Shown here: one piece after another, positions 1 through 9,620 of the stretch | Layout: each line of letters starts with the position of its first letter | Numbering within the stretch: the stretch's first letter is position 1 | Assembly (NCBI GenBank): GCA_963711875.1 | Contig: CAVQFW010000006.1 | Coordinates: 227,040-291,039 of the forward strand | Source of the DNA: an uncultured Acidobacteriota bacterium | Lineage (GTDB): Bacteria; Acidobacteriota; Terriglobia; Acidiferrales; UBA7541 | DNA length: 64,000 bases | Direction: 5' to 3' | Notes under the pieces: model-generated | Databases searched by the model: none | The model's input: the letters and a program-made list of their open reading frames with translations, nothing else | Told to the model about the DNA's origin: nothing | Made by a program: the position numbers and the translations under genes

Positions 1-1
1 G

Positions 2-1984
2 GTCGCTGCGAGTGGGACAGCGCCGCTTTCGTATCAATGGAAGAAGGGCACTACCGATGTGGGGACAAACTCGTCGACCTACGTCACGCCAGCGACGACC
101 TCGGCCGACAACAACGACAAATTTACAGTGACGGTCACAAACACAGCAGGCAGTACGACGAGCAATACGGCCACGCTCACCGTGAACGCAGTGGCCGTAA
201 AGCCGACGATCACCACTCAGCCGGCCAGTATCAGCGTAGCGCTCGGCCAGACTGCAACATTCACCGTCGTTGCGAGCGGCACCGCGCCGCTCAGCTATCA
301 ATGGACCAAGGCAGGCGCCAACGTGGGCACAAACTCGGCGACCTATACGACTCCCGCCACCACATCGGCCGACAACGGCGTACACATTCAGGTGACGGTA
401 AGCAATTCCGCGGGAAACGCGCTGAGCAATTCCGCAACGCTCACAGTTACGACTCCGCCACCACCACCGAGCAGCGTCAACGTCCTTACCTACCACAATG
501 ACGTGGGACGCACTGGCCAGAATCTGAACGAAACGATCCTGACCCATGCAAACGTGAATTCCACGAGCTTCGGCAAAAAGGCATTTCTATCAACCGATGG
601 GCTGGTGGATGCCGAGCCGCTCTATGTCTCGAGTCTCAAGATCGGCGGAGTGACGCACAACGTGCTGTATGTCGTTAGCGAGCATGATTCGGTGTATGCC
701 TTCGATGCGGACACGTTCGCTCAATTGTGGAAGGTTTCAATGATTCCTTCCGGCGAAACCCCAAGCGACCCGGTGGGCGGTTGCGGCCAGGTGTCGCCGG
801 AAATCGGAATCACGTCCACGCCCGTGATCGATTTGAATGCCGGAGCGAATGGGACGATTTACCTCGTCGCGATGACGAAGAAGGGCTCGACCTATTTCCA
901 ACGGCTGCACGCTCTTGATCTCACCACCGGTGCAGATCTGGCCGGCAGCCCCGTCGCAATTCAGGCTACTTTCCCGGGCACCGGCGCGAACAGCAACGGC
1001 ACCTCCGTGATCTTCGATCCGAAAAAATACAAGGAGCGTGCCTCGCTACTGCTACTCGGTGGCGTGATTTACACCAGCTGGGCCTCGCACTGCGATAGCG
1101 GCCCGTACACCGGATGGGTAATGGGCTACAGCCAGACGTCGCTGCAGCAGACGAGTGTGATCAACATCACGCCGAACGGGAACGACGGCGCTATCTGGAT
1201 GGCTGGAGCAGGCCTCGCCGCCGATTCCACGGGCAATATTTATTTCCTCGCAGGGAATGGGACGTTCGATGACACGCTGAACTCCAGTGGGTTTCCGGAG
1301 AACGGCGATTACGGCAATGGGTTTGTGAAACTCTCAACCGCGGGTGGCCATCTCACGGTTGCCGACTATTTCACGATGCACAATACCGATTCGGAATCGA
1401 ACGGGGACGTGGACCTGGGGTCTGGCGGCGCGATGGTTCTGCCCGATCTGCAGGACAACTCGCACAATACGTGGCAACTCGCCGTGGGTGCGGGAAAAGA
1501 CTCGAATCTTTACGTTGTAAACCGCAACATGATGGGCAAATTCAACATTTCGAACGACAATGCAATCTACCAGGAACTCTCGGGAGCGTTGCCCGGCGGC
1601 GTCTGGTCCATGCCCGCATACTTTAACGGCACGGTGTACTACGGTTCCGTCAATGCGGCGCTGCAAGCATTCCCCATCTCGAATGCGAAACTCACAACGT
1701 CGGCACCGCAATCCTCGGCAACTTTCGGTTACCCCGGAACGACTCCGAGCGTTTCCGCAAACGGCACGTCGAATGGGATCGTCTGGGCCGTGCAAAATGG
1801 AGGAACGGCGGTTCTGCACGCGTACGATGCCGGCAATCTCGGGACTGAACTCTACAACAGCAGTCAGGCCGCCAATAATCGCGACAATTTCTCCGGCAAC
1901 AAATACATCACGCCGATGATTGCGAACGGAAAGGTGTTCGTGGGCACTCCGACCGGCGTGATGGTCTTCGGCCTACTTCCGTAA
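2..1984 (+). CDS. Secreted Ig-like-repeat protein with C-terminal PQQ-like beta-propeller domain (5' end cut by window edge)
   Basis: The frame is open from nt 2 (VAASGTAPLSYQWKKG... precedes the first ATG at 59). It has 1.6 copies of an ~88-aa repeat, a Pro-rich linker (TTPPPPPSS), then ~490 aa resembling PQQ-like/propeller proteins (VLTYHNDVGRTGQN, YVVSEHDSVYAFDADT). Confidence 0.6.
   Translation, partial: VAASGTAPLSYQWKKGTTDVGTNSSTYVTPATTSADNNDKFTVTVTNTAGSTTSNTATLTVNAVAVKPTITTQPASISVALGQTATFTVVASGTAPLSYQWTKAGANVGTNSATYTTPATTSADNGVHIQVTVSNSAGNALSNSATLTVTTPPPPPSSVNVLTYHNDVGRTGQNLNETILTHANVNSTSFGKKAFLSTDGLVDAEPLYVSSLKIGGVTHNVLYVVSEHDSVYAFDADTFAQLWKVSMIPSGETPSDPVGGCGQVSPEIGITSTPVIDLNAGANGTIYLVAMTKKGSTYFQRLHALDLTTGADLAGSPVAIQATFPGTGANSNGTSVIFDPKKYKERASLLLLGGVIYTSWASHCDSGPYTGWVMGYSQTSLQQTSVINITPNGNDGAIWMAGAGLAADSTGNIYFLAGNGTFDDTLNSSGFPENGDYGNGFVKLSTAGGHLTVADYFTMHNTDSESNGDVDLGSGGAMVLPDLQDNSHNTWQLAVGAGKDSNLYVVNRNMMGKFNISNDNAIYQELSGALPGGVWSMPAYFNGTVYYGSVNAALQAFPISNAKLTTSAPQSSATFGYPGTTPSVSANGTSNGIVWAVQNGGTAVLHAYDAGNLGTELYNSSQAANNRDNFSGNKYITPMIANGKVFVGTPTGVMVFGLLP
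20..455 (+). repeat. In-frame tandem coding repeat, period 264 nt (88 aa), Ig-like module
   Basis: APLSYQWKKGTTDVGTNSSTYVTPATTSADN...ATLTV (from nt 20) recurs as APLSYQWTKAGANVGTNSATYTTPATTSADN...ATLTV (from nt 284). The similarity is visible at DNA level. Confidence 0.7.
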
Positions 1985-2017
1985 AATTTGGCGAATCGGC
2001 CGAGCGCCCCTCGAAAT

Positions 2018-3577
2018 TCATTCAGATTCCGGATGAATTCCGAGCCGGTCGTTCGATTCTCCTTCCGCCAGAGGCCGAATACACAGCTCGGTCCAATCTT
2101 CGCGGCACTGATAGATTTGATAGGCGGGCAAATCCTCCGCTTGCACCGTGTAATCTCCTTCTTCCATGGAGGCCGTGTCGCTCGAGTCCATCATCACGAT
2201 TCGATTTCCGTCGCTCGCCCGAATCCGAAAGGCAGCCGAGGGCGGCTCGTAGTTTCCATAGCTCCAGCAGTGGCCGACGCAGGCCCGGTCAACAATATGC
2301 TGCATCAAGACTCGCGATTCGTCGGGCTTGCGGATTGTCGCCATCACGCGTGTGCCGGGCGGCAGAGTGCGCACGAGACGTTCCACTTGCGCTTCCATCC
2401 GGTTCACGATCGCGGTGTCCTGATAGAGGAACGAAAAGAAAACGGCCGCAATCCCCGCGAGCGCGATCAAATGCCATTTCCTCGGCAGCATCGCACCCAG
2501 CAAACAACAAATGAGAATCGCCGAAACGGTGGTGAGCCTTTTCGTGAGGAGCGCGAGCGCGACCGCTTGGCCCTCGGCGCGCACTCCGTCCGGAAGCAGA
2601 AACACTCCCACTTCCGCGAGAACGAACAATTCGAGAGGAATCGAGTAGGCACGCCAGAATCCGCGCTGGTGTCTCCGCGTGAAGGTATCAAACGCCATCG
2701 CCGCGACGACAAAAACACCCAGTAACGCTTCGACAATCTCGTACCGGTTGCCGAAGAGCACCAGCTGATCTCCTCCGTTGAAGATGTAGAGCGGTTCATC
2801 GGCCGTGCTCACAATGAAGTGATGCCAGAGATACCAGCGCAAGAGAAATAGGCATCCCGCAGAGCCGAGCATCACGAGGACCTGCAATCGAAGCGGCACA
2901 CGTTCCGCGATCGAGATATAGGCACCTGCAGCAAAGAGCCAAAGGAGCCCTAGCGGGTGCGCGAGGTAAATGAACGGTACCAGAGCCATCGCCATCCAGC
3001 GCTCCGTGCCTCTGCCTCGCCAGAGAATCGCCAGCGCGAAAAATGAAAGCCCGAGGGAAAGACAATAGTTGAGAAAGCCCATCTCGAAGCTCCAGCCGTA
3101 AGCCACCATCGCGAGCAGCGGAGTGAGAAACCACGGGGCGCGGCACGCCGTCGCCGCAACGATTGCGAAAGTGCCCCAAAAGAAAATCAGGATTGCCAGC
3201 GCCACGGAAATTTTCTCACCGGCGGGCAATCCGAAGAGCGTTCCGAAGCCGCTCAGAATGTAATCGAACAGCACGTTGCTCCACGGATGTGCAATCCACA
3301 ATCCAGGCGCCTGTCCGTGGGGGATTAACTGCGCAAGCCATGCGTTGTAGACGTGGCTGCCAAGGTCGCCCGCTTCGATATGGCGGTGCCAAAAGCAGGG
3401 AATCAGCACCGCAACGGAGATCCCGAGCAGCTTCAGCCAATGTGCGCGCACGAAATTGCCCGCGCGCGGCAGCGCGCGATCTAGGTGTATCGATTCCACC
3501 CACGATTCACTTTCTAACTGGGACGGAGTGGAAGTCGTTACGTTGAAGCGAGATGCCAACCGTGGATTCCCCTGCAC
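2018..3577 (-). CDS. Polytopic integral membrane protein of unknown function with soluble C-terminal domain
   Basis: 519-aa ORF with many hydrophobic helices over ~370 aa, then a ~130-aa hydrophilic Cys-containing tail. I recognise no diagnostic motif. Confidence 0.5.
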   Translation of the reverse strand: MQGNPRLASRFNVTTSTPSQLESESWVESIHLDRALPRAGNFVRAHWLKLLGISVAVLIPCFWHRHIEAGDLGSHVYNAWLAQLIPHGQAPGLWIAHPWSNVLFDYILSGFGTLFGLPAGEKISVALAILIFFWGTFAIVAATACRAPWFLTPLLAMVAYGWSFEMGFLNYCLSLGLSFFALAILWRGRGTERWMAMALVPFIYLAHPLGLLWLFAAGAYISIAERVPLRLQVLVMLGSAGCLFLLRWYLWHHFIVSTADEPLYIFNGGDQLVLFGNRYEIVEALLGVFVVAAMAFDTFTRRHQRGFWRAYSIPLELFVLAEVGVFLLPDGVRAEGQAVALALLTKRLTTVSAILICCLLGAMLPRKWHLIALAGIAAVFFSFLYQDTAIVNRMEAQVERLVRTLPPGTRVMATIRKPDESRVLMQHIVDRACVGHCWSYGNYEPPSAAFRIRASDGNRIVMMDSSDTASMEEGDYTVQAEDLPAYQIYQCREDWTELCIRPLAEGESNDRLGIHPESE

Positions 3578-3640
3578 GACAGCTTTCGTTACACAAAGAT
3601 ATCACGTCGTTGCATCGAGTTACGCGCCGGCGAGCAGAAT

Positions 3641-3667
3641 TGTGACGCCCATCACGCGAAAGCGTGA
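3641..3667 (+). promoter_or_regulatory. CRP/FNR-type box-like site TGTGA-N6-TCACG overlapping the perfect palindrome TCACGC-gaaa-GCGTGA
   Basis: TGTGA 3641-3645, 6-nt spacer, TCACG 3652-3656 (one mismatch to TGTGA-N6-TCACA). TCACGCgaaaGCGTGA spans 3652-3667. The site lies 56-82 nt upstream of the USP start codon. Confidence 0.3.
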
Positions 3668-3722
3668 CGTTGATTACCGCAAGAGAAGTCTCGCAAGTCT
3701 ATCCTGCAACCAGAGGTGGCCC

Positions 3723-4613
3723 ATGAAGACACTCGATATCCTCACTCGAATCTCTCTTAAGAAAATTCTTTATACCACGGACTTTTCACCCTCTGCAGAA
3801 GCCGCTGCTCCGTTTGTCGTGGAACTCGCGCGGCGCTATGGCGGGAAGGTAATCGCCATGCACGTGCGTCCCCCGGAAGTGAACGGCATGGTCCCGCCAG
3901 AATCGTGGCAAGCCGTTCGCGAAGCGTCTGCTCTGCAGGCGAAGGAGCAGGCGGAGCATCTGAGGACGTTATTCCGTGGCGTCGAGCATGAGATCGAAGT
4001 CACGGAGGGTGGCATCTGGGACGTGATCTCGCGAGCCATCGAGGAAAAGCATGTGGACCTGGTTGTGACCGGTACGCACGGCCGTGAGGGATTTGGAAAA
4101 GTGCTGCTGGGATCGCACGCGGAAAACATTCTGCGCCACTCGCCCGTTCCGGTTTTGACCGTCGGCCCTCACGTGCAACTCGACCCGGAAGCCGCGACGG
4201 AGATGAAGCATATTCTTTACGCGACGGATTTCTCCAAAGCCTCCCAGGCGGCGCTTCCTTACGCGGTCTCGCTGGCGGAGGAAAATCAGGCGGAGCTCGA
4301 CATGTTGCGTGTCATCGCTCCTCAGAAACCCGGCGAGCTACTGCACCCCCATGAATTCGTCGAAGCCACCGCCCGCCAGATGCACGCGCTACTTCCGGTC
4401 GAAACTGAGCTGTGGTGCAACCCGAAGTTGGTCGTCGAAATCGGCCAGCCTGCGGAGAAAATCCTGGAAGTTTCCCAAAGGTGTAAAACCGATCTGATCG
4501 TTCTTGGCGTAAAGGGTGTCGACCGTGCGCTGGGCGCGACACATATTCCGTGGACGATCGCTCACAAGGTGATTTCCGAGGCACGCTGCCCCGTCCTGAC
4601 CGTTCGCAACTAA
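3723..4613 (+). CDS. Universal stress protein, tandem UspA domains
   Basis: Two USP modules ([15 protein letters not shown]... and [15 protein letters not shown]...). An ATP-binding-type motif [20 protein letters not shown] is present. The ATG at 3723 is chosen over the long Arg-rich upstream extension of the ORF track. Confidence 0.8.
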   Translation: MKTLDILTRISLKKILYTTDFSPSAEAAAPFVVELARRYGGKVIAMHVRPPEVNGMVPPESWQAVREASALQAKEQAEHLRTLFRGVEHEIEVTEGGIWDVISRAIEEKHVDLVVTGTHGREGFGKVLLGSHAENILRHSPVPVLTVGPHVQLDPEAATEMKHILYATDFSKASQAALPYAVSLAEENQAELDMLRVIAPQKPGELLHPHEFVEATARQMHALLPVETELWCNPKLVVEIGQPAEKILEVSQRCKTDLIVLGVKGVDRALGATHIPWTIAHKVISEARCPVLTVRN

Positions 4614-4657
4614 TCAAAGGGCGGCGCACCACTTGGGCCAAATGGGAGGTGAAGCTT

Positions 4658-6586
4658 GTGGTTTCCACTCACGCGAGCCGCGCGGCTCAATATAGCGATG
4701 TGGCTCGAGAGCTTCGCCTCCCGTTTCTGTTCATAGCCAGTCCGAGACCGAACAACGTATGGTCCAGCCGGGAAACCTGGATCGCCGTCACCGCTCTCGC
4801 CGCTATCGGCATCCACTCGCTGTGTCGCTTCGTCCTGGCCGCGCCCGCCAACGTATCGGCTGCGCCTCTTTGGTTCGCGCTTGTGGTCGGCGGCGTGCCT
4901 TTAGTGTTCACTCTGGTCCGCAAGCTCGCGCGCGGAGAATTTGGTTCTGATCTTCTCGCGGGAATTTCGATCGTTACGGCGGTGATCCTCGGCGAGTACC
5001 TTGTTGCCGCTATCGTCGTGCTCATGTTGTCGGGCGGCGAGGCACTCGAAAAATTCGCGAGCCGGCGCGCCTCATTCGTCCTCGACGCCTTAGCCAGGCG
5101 CATGCCGAATCGTGCACACCGCAAATCCGGAAATCGCCTTGACGATATCTCACTTTCCGAAGTCGGCATTGGAGATTTGCTCGCAGTTCTCCCGCATGAA
5201 ATTTGTCCCGTCGATGGGGTCGTCATCGAAGGCCATGGGAAGATGAACGAGGCCTATCTCACCGGCGAGCCATTCGAAATCCTCAAGACTCCTGGCTCCG
5301 CCGTTCTGTCCGGCGCCATCAATGGCGATAGGGCTCTCTCGATCCGCGCCGAAAAGCTGCCGGTGGATTCCCGTTACGCCCGCATCATGCAGGTGATGCG
5401 CGAAACCGAACAGCAGCGTCCGCGCCTTCGCCGCCTCGCCGATACGCTCGGTGCCTGGTATACGCCGCTCGCCGTCGGAATCGCAATCCTCGCCGCGTTC
5501 TTGAGCGGACAGTCCGAGCGCTTTCTCGCTGTACTGGTAATCGCCACTCCATGTCCGTTGCTACTGGCCATTCCGGTTGCCATCATTGGCGCCATATCTC
5601 TGGCGGCGCGCCGCGGCATCGTCATTAAGAATCCGGCTGTGCTCGAGCAGATTGATAGTTGCCGCGCGCTAATCTTCGACAAGACCGGTACGCTCACCTA
5701 CGGCAAGCCGACGTTATCCGAGATCAAGTGCTCGGTGGCATTCCGTCCTAACGATGTCCTCGGCCTTGCTGCCAGCTTGGAGCGTTATTCGAAACACCCG
5801 CTGGCGGGCGCGATTATTGACGCCGCGCAAAAGGCCGGCCTTCCGTTCGAGGAGGCCTCGGAAATCAGCGAGCGGCCCGGCGAAGGATTGCGCGGACTCG
5901 TCGGCGGACGAGACGTGGCGCTCACCGGACGCAACAAAGTGACGGCCGGAGGTTGGAACTTGCCGCCTGTCGTCGAAGGCTTGGAGTGCCTCGTATTTGT
6001 AGATGGCGCCTTTGCTGCGGCTCTGCGATTTCACGATGCTCCGCGAAAGGATAGCCGCCTGTTTCTCGAGCATCTTGGTCCGCGCCATGCAGTTTGCAAG
6101 CTGATGCTCGTTTCCGGCGACCGCGAATCCGAAGTGCGCTATCTTGCCAGGGAAGTTGGAATCTCGGACCTGCACTTCAGCAAAAGCCCGGAAGAGAAAG
6201 TCGAAATTGTGCGGGCTGAAACGAAACAGCAGAAGACTCTCTTTCTCGGCGACGGAATTAATGACGCTCCCGCCATGCAAGCCGCCACTGTCGGCGTGGC
6301 CTTCGGACAAGCCAGCGACGTTGCGGCCGAAGCCGCGGACGCCGTAATTCTCCAACCCTCACTCGGCAAAGTGGATGAGCTTATTCACATTGGGCGGCGC
6401 ATGCGCTCGATTGCGCTGCAGAGTGCTATCGGCGGCATGGCGTTGAGCATCGTCGGCATCATCGCCGCCGCTTTCGGCCACTTACCGCCCATTGCTGGCG
6501 CAATTACACAGGAGATGATCGATCTCGCGGCGGTGCTCAATGCTTTACGAGTCGCGCTCCCAACCAGGAATCTCACGGACTTCTAA
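4658..6586 (+). CDS. Heavy-metal-type (P1B) P-type ATPase lacking an N-terminal metal-binding domain, with a TPCP motif in the transmembrane region
   Basis: Motifs TGEP, DKTGTLT and [10 protein letters not shown] are present, plus the TM motif [15 protein letters not shown] 4658 is preceded by GGGAGG (4644-4649) at 8-nt spacing. The ORF-track start at 4550 would overlap the USP gene. Confidence 0.85.
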   Translation: MVSTHASRAAQYSDVARELRLPFLFIASPRPNNVWSSRETWIAVTALAAIGIHSLCRFVLAAPANVSAAPLWFALVVGGVPLVFTLVRKLARGEFGSDLLAGISIVTAVILGEYLVAAIVVLMLSGGEALEKFASRRASFVLDALARRMPNRAHRKSGNRLDDISLSEVGIGDLLAVLPHEICPVDGVVIEGHGKMNEAYLTGEPFEILKTPGSAVLSGAINGDRALSIRAEKLPVDSRYARIMQVMRETEQQRPRLRRLADTLGAWYTPLAVGIAILAAFLSGQSERFLAVLVIATPCPLLLAIPVAIIGAISLAARRGIVIKNPAVLEQIDSCRALIFDKTGTLTYGKPTLSEIKCSVAFRPNDVLGLAASLERYSKHPLAGAIIDAAQKAGLPFEEASEISERPGEGLRGLVGGRDVALTGRNKVTAGGWNLPPVVEGLECLVFVDGAFAAALRFHDAPRKDSRLFLEHLGPRHAVCKLMLVSGDRESEVRYLAREVGISDLHFSKSPEEKVEIVRAETKQQKTLFLGDGINDAPAMQAATVGVAFGQASDVAAEAADAVILQPSLGKVDELIHIGRRMRSIALQSAIGGMALSIVGIIAAAFGHLPPIAGAITQEMIDLAAVLNALRVALPTRNLTDF

Positions 6587-6646
6587 GTGGCGCTGCGCCA
6601 TGACTACTCGTAAAATCTCAGGCCTAAGCCGCCGAGGACATCGCCT

Positions 6647-6903
6647 CTCAAAGCTGATTCATCACTCCGGCCCTGTCACACGCGCTACGTCGTCCCATGG
6701 ACGACGAAGGACGGAACGCCGGTAACCATTCGTCCGATTCGCCGGAAGACGAGCCGCTCATGGTGAAATTCCACGCCACTCTCTCCGAATAGTCCGTGTA
6801 CCGGCGCTATTTCCACATGGAAAAGCAGGACTCGAGAAAGTTATCGAGAGGTAGTCGCATCTCCTCGCCTGCGGCAATTTCAATTTGTAATTTTGTCGAA
6901 TAA
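6647..6903 (+). pseudogene. Decayed fragment of the GNAT domain of a Pat-like (acetate-CoA ligase family/GNAT) protein acetyltransferase
   Basis: One frame reads LRPCHTRYVVPWTTKDGTPVTIRPIR. After a 1-nt shift in a C-run the reading continues PEDEPLMVKFHATLSE, then an in-frame TAG, then SVYRRYFHMEKQ. This matches the family signature as I recall it (...VTIRPIRPEDEPLMVKFHETLSERSVY-RYFH...). No N-terminal ligase domain is present. Confidence 0.5.
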
Positions 6904-6911
6904 AGAAAAAA

Positions 6912-7247
6912 CTAGGCGTCTTCTTCTACTGGCTTCGGTGCGTAGGGATACTTCGGTGGTTTCTGCATGTGCGTCGTGCGGTAGTCGTCTAACTCCGCAT
7001 TCGAGAGGCTGAAATGGGTTTTTTCGGGATGATTCTCAGACGCAGCGAGCTCCCGGTGCAGCTTGTGCGAGCAGATATCCGGAGCGTCCTGATATCGCAC
7101 GCGGTGGGAATCAAACGCTTCGTTCGCGATTGCAATCGTGTATTCGCGAGGCTCAGTGGCAGGCTCACGCACAGTGAACGTATATTCGCGAACATGATTC
7201 TTAGATTGGAAACCGACGAACTGAACGATGATATGGGGTTCTTTCAT
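6912..7247 (-). CDS. Hypothetical protein (111 aa)
   Basis: Clean ORF with non-shadow amino acid composition. No motif recognised. Confidence 0.45.
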   Translation of the reverse strand: MKEPHIIVQFVGFQSKNHVREYTFTVREPATEPREYTIAIANEAFDSHRVRYQDAPDICSHKLHRELAASENHPEKTHFSLSNAELDDYRTTHMQKPPKYPYAPKPVEEDA

Positions 7248-7323
7248 TCTGCGCTGGCTGTGGGATCCTCTTCGATGAAACTGTTACTGAACTGGCTAAT
7301 CCTATCTTGACGCCGTTTAGACA

Positions 7324-7358
7324 CAAAAAAAGGCGGGTCAGCGTGAGCCGACCCGCCC
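7324..7358 (-). terminator. Rho-independent terminator downstream of the cold-shock gene
   Basis: 8-bp GC stem GGCGGGTC (7332-7339) / GACCCGCC (7350-7357) with a 10-nt loop. The plus-strand A-run 7324-7331 gives a U-tract on the minus-strand transcript. Confidence 0.65.
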
Positions 7359-7365
7359 TTTTCGA

Positions 7366-7569
7366 CTAGAGGCTCGTGACGTTGGCTGCCTGCAGGCCCT
7401 TGGGCCCGCGGGTAACTTCGAATTCAACCGCTTGGCCTTCGTTCAGCGACTTGTAACCCTCCGCCTGAATCGCGGAGAAGTGGACGAAAACATCCTCGCC
7501 GGACTGGCGCTGGATGAATCCAAAACCCTTGCTGGCATTAAACCACTTCACTGTTCCTTGTTCTCTCAC
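7366..7569 (-). CDS. cspA: Cold-shock protein, CspA family
   Basis: 67 aa with [15 protein letters not shown] and VFVHFSAI (RNP1/RNP2 motifs). GTG start. Confidence 0.95.
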   Translation of the reverse strand: MREQGTVKWFNASKGFGFIQRQSGEDVFVHFSAIQAEGYKSLNEGQAVEFEVTRGPKGLQAANVTSL

Positions 7570-7924
7570 TGATGTACTTCCTTCTTTTTTAAGCTATTTG
7601 TGCTTCTCGACCGCCTCCAGCCGTAAAGCAAAAGAGGCCGCAAGTGAACTTGCAGCCCCTTCAATCGAATCTAAAGGTGTTACAAGAGCAACAAACGCAG
7701 CTAAAACATAGCACGCTTTGCGGCTTGAGCCTAGCGAAATCTTCCCCCGCGCGGGATCGCATCTCCGTCCGGCAGCGAATGGCACTCGCGCGCGACGAAT
7801 TCTCCTCACCAGAAAACATTTGTGCGCGAAAACCTTTCCGAGAGTATTTGCGGAGAAAATATGATACTTGTTCCCTTAGCAGCCACCCTCGTGCGGCTCA
7901 GGCAGTTCTCTCCGGAGGTTAACC

Positions 7925-9601
7925 ATGAGTAAGAAAGCCATGATGATCATCGGCGCCATTGTCGTTCTCCTGCTGATCGTGATTCTCGCGCTCCCCTCGC
8001 TGATTGACGCGAACAGTTACAAGCCCCAGATCCAGAGCGGACTTCGAACCGCTCTCGGGCGCGACGTGCAAATCGGCAACATCAAGCTCTCGATTTTTTC
8101 CGGCGGCGTCGTGGTGGACAATGTTTCCATCTCCGACGACCCCGCGTTCAGCAAAGGGCAATTCCTGACGGCCAAGGAATTGGCCGTTGGCGTGCATCTG
8201 ATGCCGCTCATCTTTTCGAAGCAGCTGGAGGTGGAATCGATCACCGTAGTGGAGCCGCAAGTGTCGCTGCTCCGGAATTCCGCGGGCGTGTGGAACTATT
8301 CGAGCATGGGCGGTTCCTCGAAGACCGCGGCGAAGCCTGCGGACACGTCCAAAGGCACGAATAATTTGTCGGTAGACAAGATCGAAATTACGAATGGGAA
8401 AATCACCGTCGGCACGGCGGGATCGCGCGCGAAGCCTTTGACCTATACGGACGTGAGTCTCAGCGCTAGCGATCTTTCCTACACTACTCAATTTCCGTTC
8501 AAGCTCTCAGCCAAGGATCCGGGTAATGGCGCACTGAAGGTCGAAGGCAAGGCCGGCCCCATTAATCAAGAGGACGCCTCGCTCACGCCGCTCAATGCCA
8601 CGATTGATGTGCAACATCTCGACCTCGGCGCGGCGGGCGGGTTTCTGAGTCCATCGGCCGGCATAGGCGGCCTCGTTGATTTCAAAGGCAGCCTTATCTC
8701 GGACGGAAAGCAGATGAGCTCGAAAGGAGATGTGAAGACCACGAAGCTCAAACTCTCCGCCACGGGCTCTCCGTCGACCGTTCCCGTGAACGTCGACTAT
8801 GACGCGGACTATCAGTTGAAGCAGCAATCGGGCGTACTCAAGCAGGGTGACATCCACGTTGGCAAAGCGCTCGCTCGACTCACCGGTTCGTTCAACGTCG
8901 CCGGTGAGACTGCGACTCTGGCGATGAAAATGAATGGACAGGCGATGCCCGTTCCGGATCTCGAAGGCGTTTTGCCGGCTGTCGGAGTCACGCTTCCTTC
9001 CGGCGCGGCTCTGAAAACGGGTTCGCTCGATGCGAATCTCGCAATCAACGGGCCTGTCGACAAGCTCGTCATTGCCGGGCCTATCAATCTTACAAACGCG
9101 ACGATCGCTGGCTTCAGCGTGAGCAACAAGCTCGGAGCGCTCGGGTCGTTTACAGGTCTGGGCGGTGGGAACAAGAGCTCGGACACGGTAATTCAATCTC
9201 TCACGACGAATGTGAGAGTCGAACCCGCCGGCACGCACGCGCAGGATCTAAAAGTCGTGGTGCAGGGAATCGGCACAATTACGGGCGATGCCAACGTCTC
9301 CTCCGGTGGCCAACTGAACTGCAAGATGGTCGCTCATTTGTCCGGCGCAATGGGAGGCGTCACGCAGATTGCGGCTTTGCCTCTTGGCGGCGGACAGAAG
9401 GGCGGAGACAGCGGCGGCATTCCGTTCTCCATCACCGGCACGACTTCAAATCCCGTCTTCGTTCCTGACGTTGCGGGGATGGCGGGAGGTTTGGCGAAGG
9501 GCGGAGCCGGAGCGGCTCTCGGCGGCGGCAAAGCGGTTGGCGGCGCCGCAGGTGGTGCCGCGGGAGCGGTCGGCGGCTTGTTGGGCAAGAAGAAACCGTA
9601 A
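7925..9601 (+). CDS. AsmA-family outer-membrane biogenesis protein with Gly/Ala-rich C-terminal tail
   Basis: N-terminal anchor MSKKAMMIIGAIVVLLLIVILALP followed by SLIDANSYKPQIQSGL, typical of AsmA N-termini. GGAGG lies upstream of the ATG. Confidence 0.7.
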   Translation: MSKKAMMIIGAIVVLLLIVILALPSLIDANSYKPQIQSGLRTALGRDVQIGNIKLSIFSGGVVVDNVSISDDPAFSKGQFLTAKELAVGVHLMPLIFSKQLEVESITVVEPQVSLLRNSAGVWNYSSMGGSSKTAAKPADTSKGTNNLSVDKIEITNGKITVGTAGSRAKPLTYTDVSLSASDLSYTTQFPFKLSAKDPGNGALKVEGKAGPINQEDASLTPLNATIDVQHLDLGAAGGFLSPSAGIGGLVDFKGSLISDGKQMSSKGDVKTTKLKLSATGSPSTVPVNVDYDADYQLKQQSGVLKQGDIHVGKALARLTGSFNVAGETATLAMKMNGQAMPVPDLEGVLPAVGVTLPSGAALKTGSLDANLAINGPVDKLVIAGPINLTNATIAGFSVSNKLGALGSFTGLGGGNKSSDTVIQSLTTNVRVEPAGTHAQDLKVVVQGIGTITGDANVSSGGQLNCKMVAHLSGAMGGVTQIAALPLGGGQKGGDSGGIPFSITGTTSNPVFVPDVAGMAGGLAKGGAGAALGGGKAVGGAAGGAAGAVGGLLGKKKP

Positions 9602-9620
9602 GCGCATTACGGCGAAAGCT

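Noticed and set aside
4550-4657. Upstream extension of the P-type ATPase ORF (ATG 4550)
   Set aside because: It overlaps the USP gene by 64 nt and encodes Arg-rich sequence. GTG 4658 has a well-spaced GGGAGG.
6588-6600. TGGCGC-t-GCGCCA palindrome after the ATPase stop as a terminator
   Set aside because: A 1-nt loop cannot fold as a hairpin, and there is no U-tract.
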